Shown in pieces: positions 19,990-20,000 of a stretch of DNA of 20,000 nucleotides. The first letter of the stretch is position 1. Each line of letters opens with the position of its first letter. The stretch is from Thraustochytrium aureum. Taxonomy: Eukaryota. A program made the position numbers and the translations under genes. Under the pieces are notes generated by a model. It worked only from the letters and a program-made list of their open reading frames with translations, was not told the DNA's origin and searched no databases. The DNA is taken from the NCBI GenBank assembly GCA_012862495.1, contig BLSG01000105.1, positions 161,247-181,246 of the forward strand, given 5' to 3'.

Positions 19990-20000
19990 CTCATCGATGC

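Overview
GC-rich, gene-dense, apparently intron-poor eukaryotic (protist-like) genomic scaffold with five N-gaps (3859-4442, 8699-9086, 12449-12856, 14534-14581, 18274-18814). A stramenopile such as a labyrinthulomycete is only my impression. Genes, left to right: the 3' part of an unknown protein (+); a large Cav/Nav-family voltage-gated cation channel (+) with only three 6TM repeats (I, III, IV) visible; ribosome-biogenesis factor TSR1 (-); RAD51 paralog XRCC2 (+), divergent from TSR1; an orphan EGF-like + 7TM receptor-like protein (+); and, on the minus strand, an inward-rectifier K+ channel (Kir) followed across a gap by tandem DHAR/CLIC/omega-like glutathione-transferase-fold domains. The most interesting candidate is this putative Kir-multi-GST fusion, possibly a glutathione/redox-gated K+ channel, but its junction lies in an assembly gap and is unproven. 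Four apparent single-base frameshifts are most simply read as sequencing errors at or near short homopolymers.
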